DNA of 61,409 bases from Candidatus Kerfeldbacteria bacterium CG08_land_8_20_14_0_20_40_16 (lineage in GTDB: Bacteria; Patescibacteriota; Patescibacteriia; UM-FILTER-42-10): assembly GCA_002774635.1 (NCBI GenBank), contig PEXU01000049.1, forward strand, positions 1-61,409, written 5' to 3'. The notes beneath the pieces were generated by a model, which was given only the letters and a program-made list of their open reading frames with translations, searched no databases and was not told the DNA's origin. Made by a program: the position numbers and the translations under genes. Shown here piece by piece: positions 50,786 through 60,715 of the stretch; position 1 is the stretch's first letter; each line of letters starts with the position of its first letter.

Positions 50786-52102
50786 ATGTTTTCTATCTGG
50801 AGAAAGTATCCACCGTCTAATAAAATTCTTAAAAACACCCTTTCCCTTGGAACTGGTCAGGTTTTAACCAAACTAGTTTCTTTAGTTTCTATTCCAATCA
50901 TTGCTCGAATGCTAGGATTAGAAAAATTTGGTGAATATACTTTGATTTTCAGTTTTGTTGTTCTATTCGGCGGTCTCTCGGACTGGGGAATTCATAAATT
51001 GACTATTCGGGAAGTAGCAAAAGACGAAAAATCTACAAATATTTATTTCACTAATACTCTGTTTTTAAGAATAATCCTTGCCGTTTTCTTTTATTTATTA
51101 ATGATCGGTGTGGCAATCCTTCTGAATTACTCTCATATAATTACCAATCTAATTATAATTTTGGGGCCATTGATATTAGCAAACTCTATTGTCAATACGT
51201 TTGTGTCTCTGTTGAATGCTCAAGAAAGGATGGATATTTCAGCTATTTTGTTATTTATTCAGTCGTTAATTACTCCAGTCACTGTTATACCACTTTTGTA
51301 TTTTGGTTTCAATTTGAAGACTATTTTTATTATCTTAGTAACGGCTAATATTACTTTAGCTATTCTCATTGGATTACTCTTAATGAAAAGATTTTTTTCT
51401 TTTCAGTTAGATTCTGTTAATAGAGAAACATGGAAAAAAATATTTATCCATTCCTGGCCATACGCTTTAATGGCAATTGTTTGGATGATTTATATTAGCA
51501 ACGGTTCCATCATTCTTTCCAAAATTACTGATTTAAGTCAGGTAGGATTATTCAACACTAGTTTAAAACTAATTCTGGCTCTGTTTTTTATTCCCGGAAG
51601 CTTAATGATGGCTTTTTTTCCAATGATGTCTCGTCAAATAACTGATCAAGTCAAACACAACATTAAACAAAGCTGCGAGAAATCTATCAAAATTCTTCTC
51701 TGGATTGTTTTACCGCTTGCGTTGTTAATTTTTCTATTTTCTAATTTCTTTATTCAAACACTATATGGTTCTGAATTTATTGAATCTGCAAAGGTACTAA
51801 AAATACTGTCAATTAGTCTTGTTCTGTTTTTTATCAATTCGCCTTTAGGATATACTATTTTGAGTTCAACTAAAGTCAAAAACTATGTTATTTTTGATGT
51901 TCTAATGGTTACCGCTAATGTTTTTTTGGCTGTGATATTATCAATCAAATATGGTTTCATTGGTCCAGCACTGGCGATCCTTTGTACAGAAGCACTAACC
52001 TTGGTAATTCGGCTTTTATTTTTGAAAAATTATCTTTTAATAAAATTGAGTTTTAGAAATATTGTTTTAAGGAATAAACCCAATGATTATGTCAGAGAAT
52101 AA
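50786..52102 (+). CDS. Wzx-type oligosaccharide flippase
   Basis: KNTLSLG, ARMLG..FGEY, DWGI..LTIREVA; about 12 TMs. Confidence 0.85.
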   Translation: MFSIWRKYPPSNKILKNTLSLGTGQVLTKLVSLVSIPIIARMLGLEKFGEYTLIFSFVVLFGGLSDWGIHKLTIREVAKDEKSTNIYFTNTLFLRIILAVFFYLLMIGVAILLNYSHIITNLIIILGPLILANSIVNTFVSLLNAQERMDISAILLFIQSLITPVTVIPLLYFGFNLKTIFIILVTANITLAILIGLLLMKRFFSFQLDSVNRETWKKIFIHSWPYALMAIVWMIYISNGSIILSKITDLSQVGLFNTSLKLILALFFIPGSLMMAFFPMMSRQITDQVKHNIKQSCEKSIKILLWIVLPLALLIFLFSNFFIQTLYGSEFIESAKVLKILSISLVLFFINSPLGYTILSSTKVKNYVIFDVLMVTANVFLAVILSIKYGFIGPALAILCTEALTLVIRLLFLKNYLLIKLSFRNIVLRNKPNDYVRE

Positions 52103-52922
52103 TAAAGTGTCCGTGATTGTACCCGTATACAATGAAGAAAAGTATCTTGACGAATGCTTAAAAACACTATTAAATCAATCGTATAAAAACATAGAAATAA
52201 TAGTAATTGATGACGGTTCTATCGATCAATCAAAGCATATTGCAAAAAAATATTCGGTAAAATATATACATCAAGAACATCAAGGGGCTGCAGAGGCAAA
52301 GAATCTGGGAGCTCAACATGCCACTGGTGATATCTTATTATTTGCAGATAGTGATTTTTATTATGATAAAGAATATGTTAGTGATTTGGTAATACCTCTC
52401 CTTAAAAGAACTGCAAAAGGAACATATTCAAAAGAAATTTACATAGCAAATCCTAAAAATATTTGGTCTAAATGCTACAGTATAAATGCTAATTTAACTA
52501 GCGAAAGGATGGTTTCAGCTGACTATCCAAATAAATCTACAGGTTATCGAACAATCTTCAAAGATGATTTTATAAAGGTAGGAGGGTTTGATGATATTGG
52601 ATATGGAGAAGATATGGTTTTTTATGAAAAGTTGGGAACCATGGCGCAAGCTGTTACCGGAGCAAGGGCCTATCATTATAATTCTGATTCTTTTATGGAA
52701 ACTTTTAAAACTGCAAAATGGGTAGGTAAAGGAAACCGTTATAATATTTTTTTGACTATTCTAAGGTTAATAAAATACTCTCTGTTTTTTTCTTTACTAA
52801 TTGGTATTTATAAGTCCGCTGCAAATAAAAAACCCTTCTTTTTAATCTACAAAATTATATGGGATTTTGGAGTTTTTTTAGGAATTATAATTAACCTATT
52901 TACAAAGAAGCATGCAAAATAA
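52083..52922 (+). CDS. Glycosyltransferase family 2
   Basis: VSVIVPVYNEE, IDDGSID, FADSD, GGFD, GED. Confidence 0.92.
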   Translation: MIMSENNKVSVIVPVYNEEKYLDECLKTLLNQSYKNIEIIVIDDGSIDQSKHIAKKYSVKYIHQEHQGAAEAKNLGAQHATGDILLFADSDFYYDKEYVSDLVIPLLKRTAKGTYSKEIYIANPKNIWSKCYSINANLTSERMVSADYPNKSTGYRTIFKDDFIKVGGFDDIGYGEDMVFYEKLGTMAQAVTGARAYHYNSDSFMETFKTAKWVGKGNRYNIFLTILRLIKYSLFFSLLIGIYKSAANKKPFFLIYKIIWDFGVFLGIIINLFTKKHAK

Positions 52923-53817
52923 GCACTTGGAAAACATATTATGTTATCTCTGTGGTTCTAATTCATACCAAGAATTGCTAATAAAAAATAATTACCATAT
53001 AGTAAAATGCAACCGATGCGGTTTAGTATTTGTTAATCCCCAACCAACTTCAGAGCTTACAGATAAAATTTATAATGAAAACTATTTTGCAGGCGGTAAT
53101 CAATTCGGTTATCAGGGAATTAATTACTTAAGTAAAGAAAATGAAAAATGGTTTAAATTTGTTCCTACAAAAGCACTTAATAAAATTGAAAAAATAGTTT
53201 CTCAAAAAGGTAGATTACTCGACATAGGATGTGCTGTGGGTTACGCCCTAGAAGTAGCGCGAGACAAGGGATGGGAAATATATGGCGTTGAAATCTCTCG
53301 ATATGCCTCAAAAATAGCTGAAAAAAAACTAGGAATTACAATTGTCCCAAAATTAGAAGAAACTATTTTTCCTTCTAGATACTTTGATGTTATTACTACA
53401 TTCGAAATCTTAGAACATATTCATAATCCTGATCAATTTATTGCTACTATTAGCAAATTATTAAATAAGGATGGAATATTATGTATCTCTACGCCAAATT
53501 TAGATCATGCAAATACGCTGAAAAATTTTAAAGACTGGCCTTATCTGACTCCTCCTGAACATTTATTTTACTTTAACAAAGAAACCATCTCAAAATTACT
53601 AAACAAGTATGGCTTTACTGTAGAAATGATTTTTTTTGGTCCTATTAACCCCCTTGCCCGAGGAGGAAAAAACATAAAGAGAATACAAAAATTTTATCAT
53701 AAAATTAGGCCTTTAATTCATCCTATTAAAAAATTAATATATGATATCCCTATGGCCTGGTATGGTGAAAAAACCGGCCTAGGAGAAGATATGATTATAA
53801 TTGCTAAAAAAAAATAA
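52912..53817 (+). CDS. Class I SAM-dependent methyltransferase with N-terminal Zn ribbon
   Basis: CYLCGS..CNRCG, LLDIGCAVG, EILEH, PPEHLFYF. Confidence 0.88.
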   Translation: MQNKHLENILCYLCGSNSYQELLIKNNYHIVKCNRCGLVFVNPQPTSELTDKIYNENYFAGGNQFGYQGINYLSKENEKWFKFVPTKALNKIEKIVSQKGRLLDIGCAVGYALEVARDKGWEIYGVEISRYASKIAEKKLGITIVPKLEETIFPSRYFDVITTFEILEHIHNPDQFIATISKLLNKDGILCISTPNLDHANTLKNFKDWPYLTPPEHLFYFNKETISKLLNKYGFTVEMIFFGPINPLARGGKNIKRIQKFYHKIRPLIHPIKKLIYDIPMAWYGEKTGLGEDMIIIAKKK

Positions 53818-53818
53818 T

Positions 53819-54970
53819 ATGAGAATAGCAATTGACTCACTTTTTCTGTATTCCAGTCCCAATACAGGTATAAGTGTTTACACTAATGAACTAATAAAGC
53901 AGTTTTCTAGTTTAGAAAATATGGAAGTAATTGTTTTTTATGCCGGAAATAATAAACAAGAGATTCAGATGATTAAAGAACGGCTTAATGGTGTAAAATA
54001 TCAGCTAAGACAGGTGAATCTGCACGGTAGAATAGTTCGGGGACTATGGAGTATAATCGACTATCCAAACATCAGCAAATATCTTAAAGACGTTGATATC
54101 TACCATTCTCCGTTCTTCATTTTGCCTGGATTATCTAAATTACAAAAAACGGTTATTACCATCCACGATGTTTTCCCTTTCCAATATCCTCACTTCTTTC
54201 CATTTTTTACAAGGATAGCGCATATCCAAAGGCTAAAAAAAATTAAAGGCAAGATTTGTAAAAATAATAATATTCATATTATTGTTAATTCCAACAGTAC
54301 TCAGAAAGATGTAATTAAATTACTAGAAATTCCTCTAGAAAGAATTACTAAAATCTATCTAGGAATATCAGAAGTCTTTACTGGATACACAAAATCTGAA
54401 CAGGATATTAAGATTCTAGAAAGACACGGTATTTGTAAACCATATATTCTTTCTGTAGGATCTTTGAATCCCAGGAAAAATATAAAGCGCTTAATAGATG
54501 CCTTTGAAATGAATAAAAACGCTGGAAATTTCCCCCATAAACTAGTGCTTGTTGGCACAGCCGGCTGGCTAAACCAAGAACTGCTTTCTAGAATAAAAAA
54601 GAATCAGGATATAATACCTGTCGGTGCTGTTCCCGAAAAAGATTTGCCTATAATTTATGGAAATTCGAACCTATTTGTTTTCCCCTCCCTTTATGAGGGC
54701 TTTGGCCTCCCTATTATTGAAGCAATGTCATGCAGAGTTCCTGTTATAACAAGCAATGTTTCCAGTATGCCTGAAATAGCTGATAGCAGTGCTTATTTAA
54801 TAAACCCATATGATTATAAGGATATTGCTAAAAGTATTAAAGAAGTATTAAAAAACCATAATCTTAGAAAAGAATTAATTAAAAAAGGTATGGAAAGAAG
54901 CTTGAAGTTTTCTTGGAATAAAATGGCCCAACAGACATTATCGGTCTATAACAAACTTATTGAATCATGA
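53819..54970 (+). CDS. Glycosyltransferase family 4
   Basis: TIHD, PRKN, FPSLYEGFGLPIIEAM. Confidence 0.92.
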   Translation: MRIAIDSLFLYSSPNTGISVYTNELIKQFSSLENMEVIVFYAGNNKQEIQMIKERLNGVKYQLRQVNLHGRIVRGLWSIIDYPNISKYLKDVDIYHSPFFILPGLSKLQKTVITIHDVFPFQYPHFFPFFTRIAHIQRLKKIKGKICKNNNIHIIVNSNSTQKDVIKLLEIPLERITKIYLGISEVFTGYTKSEQDIKILERHGICKPYILSVGSLNPRKNIKRLIDAFEMNKNAGNFPHKLVLVGTAGWLNQELLSRIKKNQDIIPVGAVPEKDLPIIYGNSNLFVFPSLYEGFGLPIIEAMSCRVPVITSNVSSMPEIADSSAYLINPYDYKDIAKSIKEVLKNHNLRKELIKKGMERSLKFSWNKMAQQTLSVYNKLIES

Positions 54971-56076
54971 ATATTCTTCTTCAAAGCAGAGTTGATTTAT
55001 TAGAAAAACCAGGCGGCGATACTACGCAAATTTTGAAAACCGCAGAGTATTTAAAAAAGCTTGGGATAAGTGTAGATATTTCTACTAAACTGGAAGAAGA
55101 CCTTCAAAATTACGATTTGGTACATTTATTCAATATTACCCGGCCTCAAGAGACTTATTTACAATATCTCAATGCCAAAAAGCAGAATAAGCTGGTCGTT
55201 CTCACTCCTATTTATCAAAATTTTGACGAATGGGATGAAAAAGGAAGATATGGAATGCAAAAGTATTTCATGAAACTGGTTAAAAACAAAAATTGTAAGG
55301 AAATAATAAAAACCTTCCTACGAATTTTTTCCGATAATAAACAATGGGAACCGTTTGTGACTCAATTAAAGATAGGATTTACCCAGCAACAAAAAGAAAT
55401 TCTTGCCTCGGTCAATCTTCTTTTGCCTAATTCGGAAATGGAGATGAGAAAAATAGAGCAGGATTTTGGAATAAAAAATAGCTATCAGATAGTTCCTAAT
55501 GGAGTGGAAATGGATTTTTCTGATTCAAAACCGGATGGATTTATAAACAAATATCAATTAGAGAATTTCGTGCTTTGCGTCGCCAATTTTACTAGCATCA
55601 AAAATCATCTAAATTTAATAAAGGCCTCAGACAATACAAACTTTATACTAGTCTTAATTGGAAAACCGCAAAAAGCCCATAAAAAATATTTCCAGTTAAT
55701 AAAAAAAATGGTAGAAAAAAATAAGAGAATTGTGTTATTAAAAAATATCAGTCAAGATGAATTAAAATCAGCTTATGCCGCAGCTAAAGTGCACATTTTA
55801 CCCAGTTGGTTTGAAACCTGCGGATTAGTAAGTTTGGAAGCAGGTCTCGCTGGCTGTAATGTAGTAAGTACAGATCGAGGATATGCTAAAGAGTATTTAA
55901 AAGATTTTGCTTGGTACTGCAACCCCGCAGATACGAATTCAATTAGAGATGTCGTACTTAAAGCCTATCATGCCCCTAGATCAGATAAATTGAAAAACTA
56001 CATTTTAAAAAATTTTTCGTGGGAGAAAACGGCCCAAAAAACACTTACCGTATATAATGAATTAGTAAAATCATGA
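54967..56076 (+). CDS. Glycosyltransferase family 4
   Basis: PGGDTTQ, VPNGV, PSWFETCGLVSLEA. Confidence 0.9.
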   Translation: MNILLQSRVDLLEKPGGDTTQILKTAEYLKKLGISVDISTKLEEDLQNYDLVHLFNITRPQETYLQYLNAKKQNKLVVLTPIYQNFDEWDEKGRYGMQKYFMKLVKNKNCKEIIKTFLRIFSDNKQWEPFVTQLKIGFTQQQKEILASVNLLLPNSEMEMRKIEQDFGIKNSYQIVPNGVEMDFSDSKPDGFINKYQLENFVLCVANFTSIKNHLNLIKASDNTNFILVLIGKPQKAHKKYFQLIKKMVEKNKRIVLLKNISQDELKSAYAAAKVHILPSWFETCGLVSLEAGLAGCNVVSTDRGYAKEYLKDFAWYCNPADTNSIRDVVLKAYHAPRSDKLKNYILKNFSWEKTAQKTLTVYNELVKS

Positions 56077-57968
56077 ATTTCTCTTCAAATTCCAGCCAGC
56101 GCTACGATAGAATCCTTTTTGGAGGAATTGTTCTGTTGATTTTCAGCGCGCTTTTGGGCTGGTCCAGCCGCACGGTTTGGGTGCTAGCAATAATGGAAGT
56201 GGTTATTCTCTGTCTTTTTTTGCTCTTCCTTACTGGCCTGGCTAAAAAAGAAGTTAAACTCCCTCTTTCTCTAAAGCTTTTTCTGTTTTGTTCTTTATTA
56301 TCAGTCATCTTTTCTGTTTATCGGTACAACAGCATTGTTGGATTGGTAAAAATATTTCTCTTTATTATTGCTTTTTGGATTGTTACCCAAGCCACAAAAA
56401 CAATAAAACAATTGAACAATTTAACAATAGCGCTATCAATCACCGCTTTAATCGCTTCGATTTACGGGATAATTAATTTCTTTCAATTGCAAGATATTAC
56501 CCTAGGAGTAGCTTCTTTTTTCGGCTGGCGGAATATTTTTGGAGGATTTATTTTATTATTTCTGCCTTTGGTTTTAACGTTGTATCTTACTACCAATAAA
56601 AAATGGGAGAAATATTTTTTAGGCTTGACTACTATTCTTTTGGCTGTAAATTTTTATTTTTCTTTTTCCCAGGCGGCTTGGCTTTCTTTTATTGTGGTGT
56701 TTTTGGGACTGATTTGGTTTTTAAGAAAAATGAACAAAAAACAGTTAATTCTTCGCCTTGCCATAATTCTGGTTATCACGACCTTGTCGATAATCTTACT
56801 GCCTAAACTTCACCATCTTTTAAAACCGATGGGGGCAGAGGCCAATTTGGAACAAGCCAGTTCTGTTCAATCTCTTTCCATCCAAAATAGATTGGATTAT
56901 TGGAAAACCAGTCTGGAAATTTTTTACCATTATCCTATTTTAGGCGTAGGTCTGGGCAATTTCAAAACTCTCTATACCCATTTCCAACAAAATATTTGGT
57001 CGTTTTCTGTTTCCCCCCATAACTTTTTTTTACTGTTGCTGACTGAAATTGGAATTTTAGGAACTCTCGCTTTTTTAATTTTTGTCATCAGTTTATTGAG
57101 AAACGGAATAAAGATCATTAAACAATCCAGGCAAAATGATCATGCAATCTACTATATTTCGATAGGACTTTTGGGCAGTCTCGCCGCTTCACTAATCCAT
57201 AACCTGTTTGATCTTGATTGGGAGGTGCCTGTTCTATTGTTAATTTTCTTTATCGAAGCGGGATTGATATTTAGTATTAAAGAAATTGTTTCTAAGGAAT
57301 CAGCTTCGATTATTCCGGATTCAGAAAAACAGGGTGGAATAAGAAAACCGTTATTTAGTTTCATCCTTTTTATCATCCTTGGCTATTTAGTGATTATCCC
57401 TGTCCTAACCGACCTCTGGAATGAACGGGTGGAAAATATACAAGAAGATTCTGTGAATTCTGAACAAAGTATCCCTATTTTAGAGAAAGCTGCTAGTTTC
57501 AATCGATTAAACGCCGATTTATACCAGAATCTGTCAGAAAGCTACCAATTTAAGATTCTGGACCATCAAGGAGACCGAGAAGAAAATCAATATTTAAGTG
57601 TTAAATATGCCCAAAAAGCTGCTGATTTTGATCCTTTGTCAGCAGAGCGACATTTTCAATTGGGTTATGCCTTGAATTTTGTTACTTCTTCAAAAGACGA
57701 AGAAATCAAAAAGGCGGAGACTGAAATAAAAAAAGCCATTGAATATGATCAATTCAATAAAATCTATTACTACCAAATCTTGGCTTTTGTTCTGGAGCGT
57801 CAAGAAAAATACCAAGAAGCAATTGCTGTCTTAGATATCCCTTTAGCGCTCTATAGCGAGGATGCTTTAAACAAAATCTTTGTTGATGAAGAAAAATACA
57901 ATCAGATTTTAAATTCTTTGGAGAAAATTAGAGAATATCGCGACTTAATTAAACAAAAAACGGAATAA
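56073..57968 (+). CDS. O-antigen-ligase/O-oligosaccharyltransferase-like protein fused to a TPR domain
   Basis: About 12 TMs; R..YW..SL..F...PILGVGLGNF, PHNFFL..EIGILG; C-terminal TPR-like helices. Confidence 0.82.
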   Translation: MNFSSNSSQRYDRILFGGIVLLIFSALLGWSSRTVWVLAIMEVVILCLFLLFLTGLAKKEVKLPLSLKLFLFCSLLSVIFSVYRYNSIVGLVKIFLFIIAFWIVTQATKTIKQLNNLTIALSITALIASIYGIINFFQLQDITLGVASFFGWRNIFGGFILLFLPLVLTLYLTTNKKWEKYFLGLTTILLAVNFYFSFSQAAWLSFIVVFLGLIWFLRKMNKKQLILRLAIILVITTLSIILLPKLHHLLKPMGAEANLEQASSVQSLSIQNRLDYWKTSLEIFYHYPILGVGLGNFKTLYTHFQQNIWSFSVSPHNFFLLLLTEIGILGTLAFLIFVISLLRNGIKIIKQSRQNDHAIYYISIGLLGSLAASLIHNLFDLDWEVPVLLLIFFIEAGLIFSIKEIVSKESASIIPDSEKQGGIRKPLFSFILFIILGYLVIIPVLTDLWNERVENIQEDSVNSEQSIPILEKAASFNRLNADLYQNLSESYQFKILDHQGDREENQYLSVKYAQKAADFDPLSAERHFQLGYALNFVTSSKDEEIKKAETEIKKAIEYDQFNKIYYYQILAFVLERQEKYQEAIAVLDIPLALYSEDALNKIFVDEEKYNQILNSLEKIREYRDLIKQKTE

Positions 57969-57973
57969 CATCT

Positions 57974-58684
57974 TCAATTAGCAATCATTTCTTTGATTGC
58001 CTGGCTATTTTGAAAGTAATATTCAGCTTTTAGCGCATCTCCTTCTAATTGTTCTACCTCCCCTAACTGCTGATAAATTTCGGAACGGATTAAACCCAAG
58101 TTGTGATATTGGTCGGGAGCAACTCCGGGTGAATCGGGGCTCGGGAACAGTACTAGAGCCTGAAACAATTTTTCCTTCGCTTTAGAGTAGTTTCCCGATT
58201 CTTTCAGTCCCTCGCCCCACCAATAATAGAAAGGGGCGTAATTTGGACCATTAGTGATTGCTTTACCAAACGCTTGATCCATCAGTTGGTATTTTGTCGG
58301 ATCAATTTTCCCCCAAAACTTCATCAGTTCTCCTAGGGTAGGATAATAATTAAATCCATTAGGATTTTTGTGATAGATATAATCTAATTCCTCTAGCGCT
58401 TTTTGAAAAAGAGCATTTTGATTTTCATAATTATCCTTTAAGAAAGCCAGTTTAATCAGCAGATTAACATAGCGATAACGATAGGGAATCTCTGCTGATG
58501 TGAATTGGGCATTAAAAATAATCTTGCTATGCAAATCCTGGATTTCATATTGGGCAAAACGGCTTTCTAAATTTACTGATTCCATTTGCTTTAGATAAAC
58601 ATCGGCGATGGCCGGTCTGACAACTATAAACCAAATTAAAAATAAAGCTGATAAACCTCCTAAGATGCTGAGTATTTTTTTCAT
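57974..58684 (-). CDS. Membrane-anchored TPR protein
   Basis: N-terminal TM followed by TPR-like helical repeats. Confidence 0.65.
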   Translation of the reverse strand: MKKILSILGGLSALFLIWFIVVRPAIADVYLKQMESVNLESRFAQYEIQDLHSKIIFNAQFTSAEIPYRYRYVNLLIKLAFLKDNYENQNALFQKALEELDYIYHKNPNGFNYYPTLGELMKFWGKIDPTKYQLMDQAFGKAITNGPNYAPFYYWWGEGLKESGNYSKAKEKLFQALVLFPSPDSPGVAPDQYHNLGLIRSEIYQQLGEVEQLEGDALKAEYYFQNSQAIKEMIAN

Positions 58685-59247
58685 AATTCTATTCGGTCAA
58701 TCTTTATTACAGATTCATTATCTGAGTAATAATTTTGAAATGAGGGATACAACCAGTCTTTAGGATTATTAATCAATCCAGCCTGAACGGGATTATTATG
58801 AATATAATTCAGTTTCTGGACAAATTTTTCTTCTGAGTAGATATTAAAGTCGTAAAAACCTTTTTGCCAAAACTTACCTGAACGTTTAAGATAAGTGTTT
58901 ATTTTTCTGGCACTCGCTCCTTTTATTCTCTTTACTACGTAGGAAATGTCACTACGGGTAGGTTCGAATGAATTCGCCTCGGGCTTATTAGGTTCGAATG
59001 AATCCGAACCTACCCGTTTTTTCTCGAATGAATCCGAACCTACCCGTAACTGGATTAATAAATGAATATGATTCAACATTATAACGTAACCTAATAATTT
59101 ATATTTTAATTCATTCCTTAATTCATCTAAAACTTGAATGAAAACTTCACGACATTTTGTATCTGTAAATAAATTTAATTTTTCAATAGTATTAACAGTA
59201 ACAAAATGTACCTGATTCTCGATATTAAGCTTTGGTAAAACACCCAC
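58681..59247 (-). CDS. REP-associated tyrosine transposase (RAYT, IS200-like Y1 HUH)
   Basis: HFVT, IMLNHIHLL (HUH), KGAS, FWQKGFYD, YIHNNPV.AG..W..S. Confidence 0.88.
   Translation of the reverse strand: MGVLPKLNIENQVHFVTVNTIEKLNLFTDTKCREVFIQVLDELRNELKYKLLGYVIMLNHIHLLIQLRVGSDSFEKKRVGSDSFEPNKPEANSFEPTRSDISYVVKRIKGASARKINTYLKRSGKFWQKGFYDFNIYSEEKFVQKLNYIHNNPVQAGLINNPKDWLYPSFQNYYSDNESVIKIDRIEL
58953..59048. repeat. Cluster of three GTAG-type REP units inside the RAYT ORF
   Basis: TACGGGTAGGTTCG (58953-58966) inverted to CGAACCTACCCGTA (59035-59048); 24-bp direct repeat at 58994 and 59024; 96 bp in frame. Confidence 0.85.
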
Positions 59248-59277
59248 GATTTGTTTATTATCTTTTCTTTAACAATA

Positions 59278-60543
59278 TCAATACTTATCCTTTTTATCAT
59301 TCTCTTTCACCAAAATAACAACCAACAATCCGGCGTACAGCCAAAAATAGACATAAAGAACTGTAACTGAAAAACTAAACATCCCCTGGATAAAGTAGGC
59401 TAGAATCCCGCCCAATAGGGCTAGGATAATCGCGGCCTTTTTTTTGTCTCTTGTTTGGAAAAAAGAACAGATTCCGTCTTTAAAAAGGCAGACTACTAAT
59501 AGAAAAAATGCCGCTGTTCCGACTATTCCCGTGGTTAAGAGCTGATCTAAAACTTCATTATGCGCTCGATCAACTCTTAATCCAAAATAACTGTAGACTC
59601 CCTGCAACGGCTGATAAGCGGGCATTAAAACATCTTTCTGGGTTTCCAAGCCATAGCCTAGAATCGGTTTTCCCTTAATAGCTATTATCGCTTGATTCCA
59701 CCAAATAGTCCGCAGAGCGCCAGATCCGTCCTGGGCATTAATGAATTGGCCAACCGTTCCGGTTAATATCACCAAAAATGATGCGATTAGTAATATTATT
59801 CCTGTAATTGCCAGCAAAAATTTCTTTTTTTGCTTAACCAAAATCATGATCAGTGCGAAAAGCAGAAATAAAACAAAGGCGATCCAGGCTGCTCTAGTCT
59901 TGGTAAGGATAAGCGCGCTGAACTCCATTATTAAAGTCAGCGCTGAAAAATATTTCTCAAAACGGCGAGACGAAATTATCAACAAGGCAAACGTCAGCGG
60001 AATAACCATTACCAAGTAAGCTCCCAGAAAACTGGGGTGCCCTAGAGTAGAGGCTACTCCCTGATCATATACCGGGAACCAAACCGGACGAATATTAAAG
60101 CACTCCAAAATTCCAACCAAACTTACTATCAAAGAGATTCCCGTTATCCAAAAGATTATTTGTTCTACCTGCTTTCGGCGTAATATTAATAGGACTAATG
60201 AAAAAAGTAACAAATACAACACAAATTGCAGCCACCCCTGTTGCCTTTCTGAGCCAAAAAAACTTAAAGAATGAGATTGTGAAAAAATCGTGGAAAGAGA
60301 AATAGCGATCAGATAAAATATAGTTAAAATAAAATAGGATTTACATTCTCGCCAGCACTTTTTAAAATCAAAATAAGATGAGGAATAAAAATAGAAAGAA
60401 ACTGCTACAGCAACTAAAATGAACAGTCTAGAAACAGATGTTTTGTTAAAGGTAAATTCACTATCGGAATAAACATTCAAAAAAAGCGGCAAACTAATTA
60501 TCAGCAAAACCAATAATGAATAAATTGTCTTTTGAGGATTCAT
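59278..60543 (-). CDS. O-antigen-ligase/O-oligosaccharyltransferase-like membrane protein
   Basis: STLGHPSFLG, TKTRAAW, KPILGYGLE, DRAHNEVLD..TTGIVG. Confidence 0.85.
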   Translation of the reverse strand: MNPQKTIYSLLVLLIISLPLFLNVYSDSEFTFNKTSVSRLFILVAVAVSFYFYSSSYFDFKKCWRECKSYFILTIFYLIAISLSTIFSQSHSLSFFGSERQQGWLQFVLYLLLFSLVLLILRRKQVEQIIFWITGISLIVSLVGILECFNIRPVWFPVYDQGVASTLGHPSFLGAYLVMVIPLTFALLIISSRRFEKYFSALTLIMEFSALILTKTRAAWIAFVLFLLFALIMILVKQKKKFLLAITGIILLIASFLVILTGTVGQFINAQDGSGALRTIWWNQAIIAIKGKPILGYGLETQKDVLMPAYQPLQGVYSYFGLRVDRAHNEVLDQLLTTGIVGTAAFFLLVVCLFKDGICSFFQTRDKKKAAIILALLGGILAYFIQGMFSFSVTVLYVYFWLYAGLLVVILVKENDKKDKY

Positions 60544-60656
60544 ATCTTAATTATACCAGAATCTTAACAAGAGAAGCTGAAATACCCTCCGTCGCCCTGC
60601 CTAAACCAGGCCCTGACAGACAGATCAGTGTCCCCTTTCCTGGCTTCATAAAAACC

Positions 60657-60700
60657 AAAAAGAGCCCTCATCTCCTTAAAGACTTCAGGGGACTCTTTTT
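60657..60700 (-). terminator. Terminator hairpin downstream of the pilin gene
   Basis: AAAAAGAG..CCCT / AGGG..CTCTTTTT imperfect stem with flanking A/T runs. Confidence 0.55.
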
Positions 60701-60715
60701 GATTTTTCTTAAACT

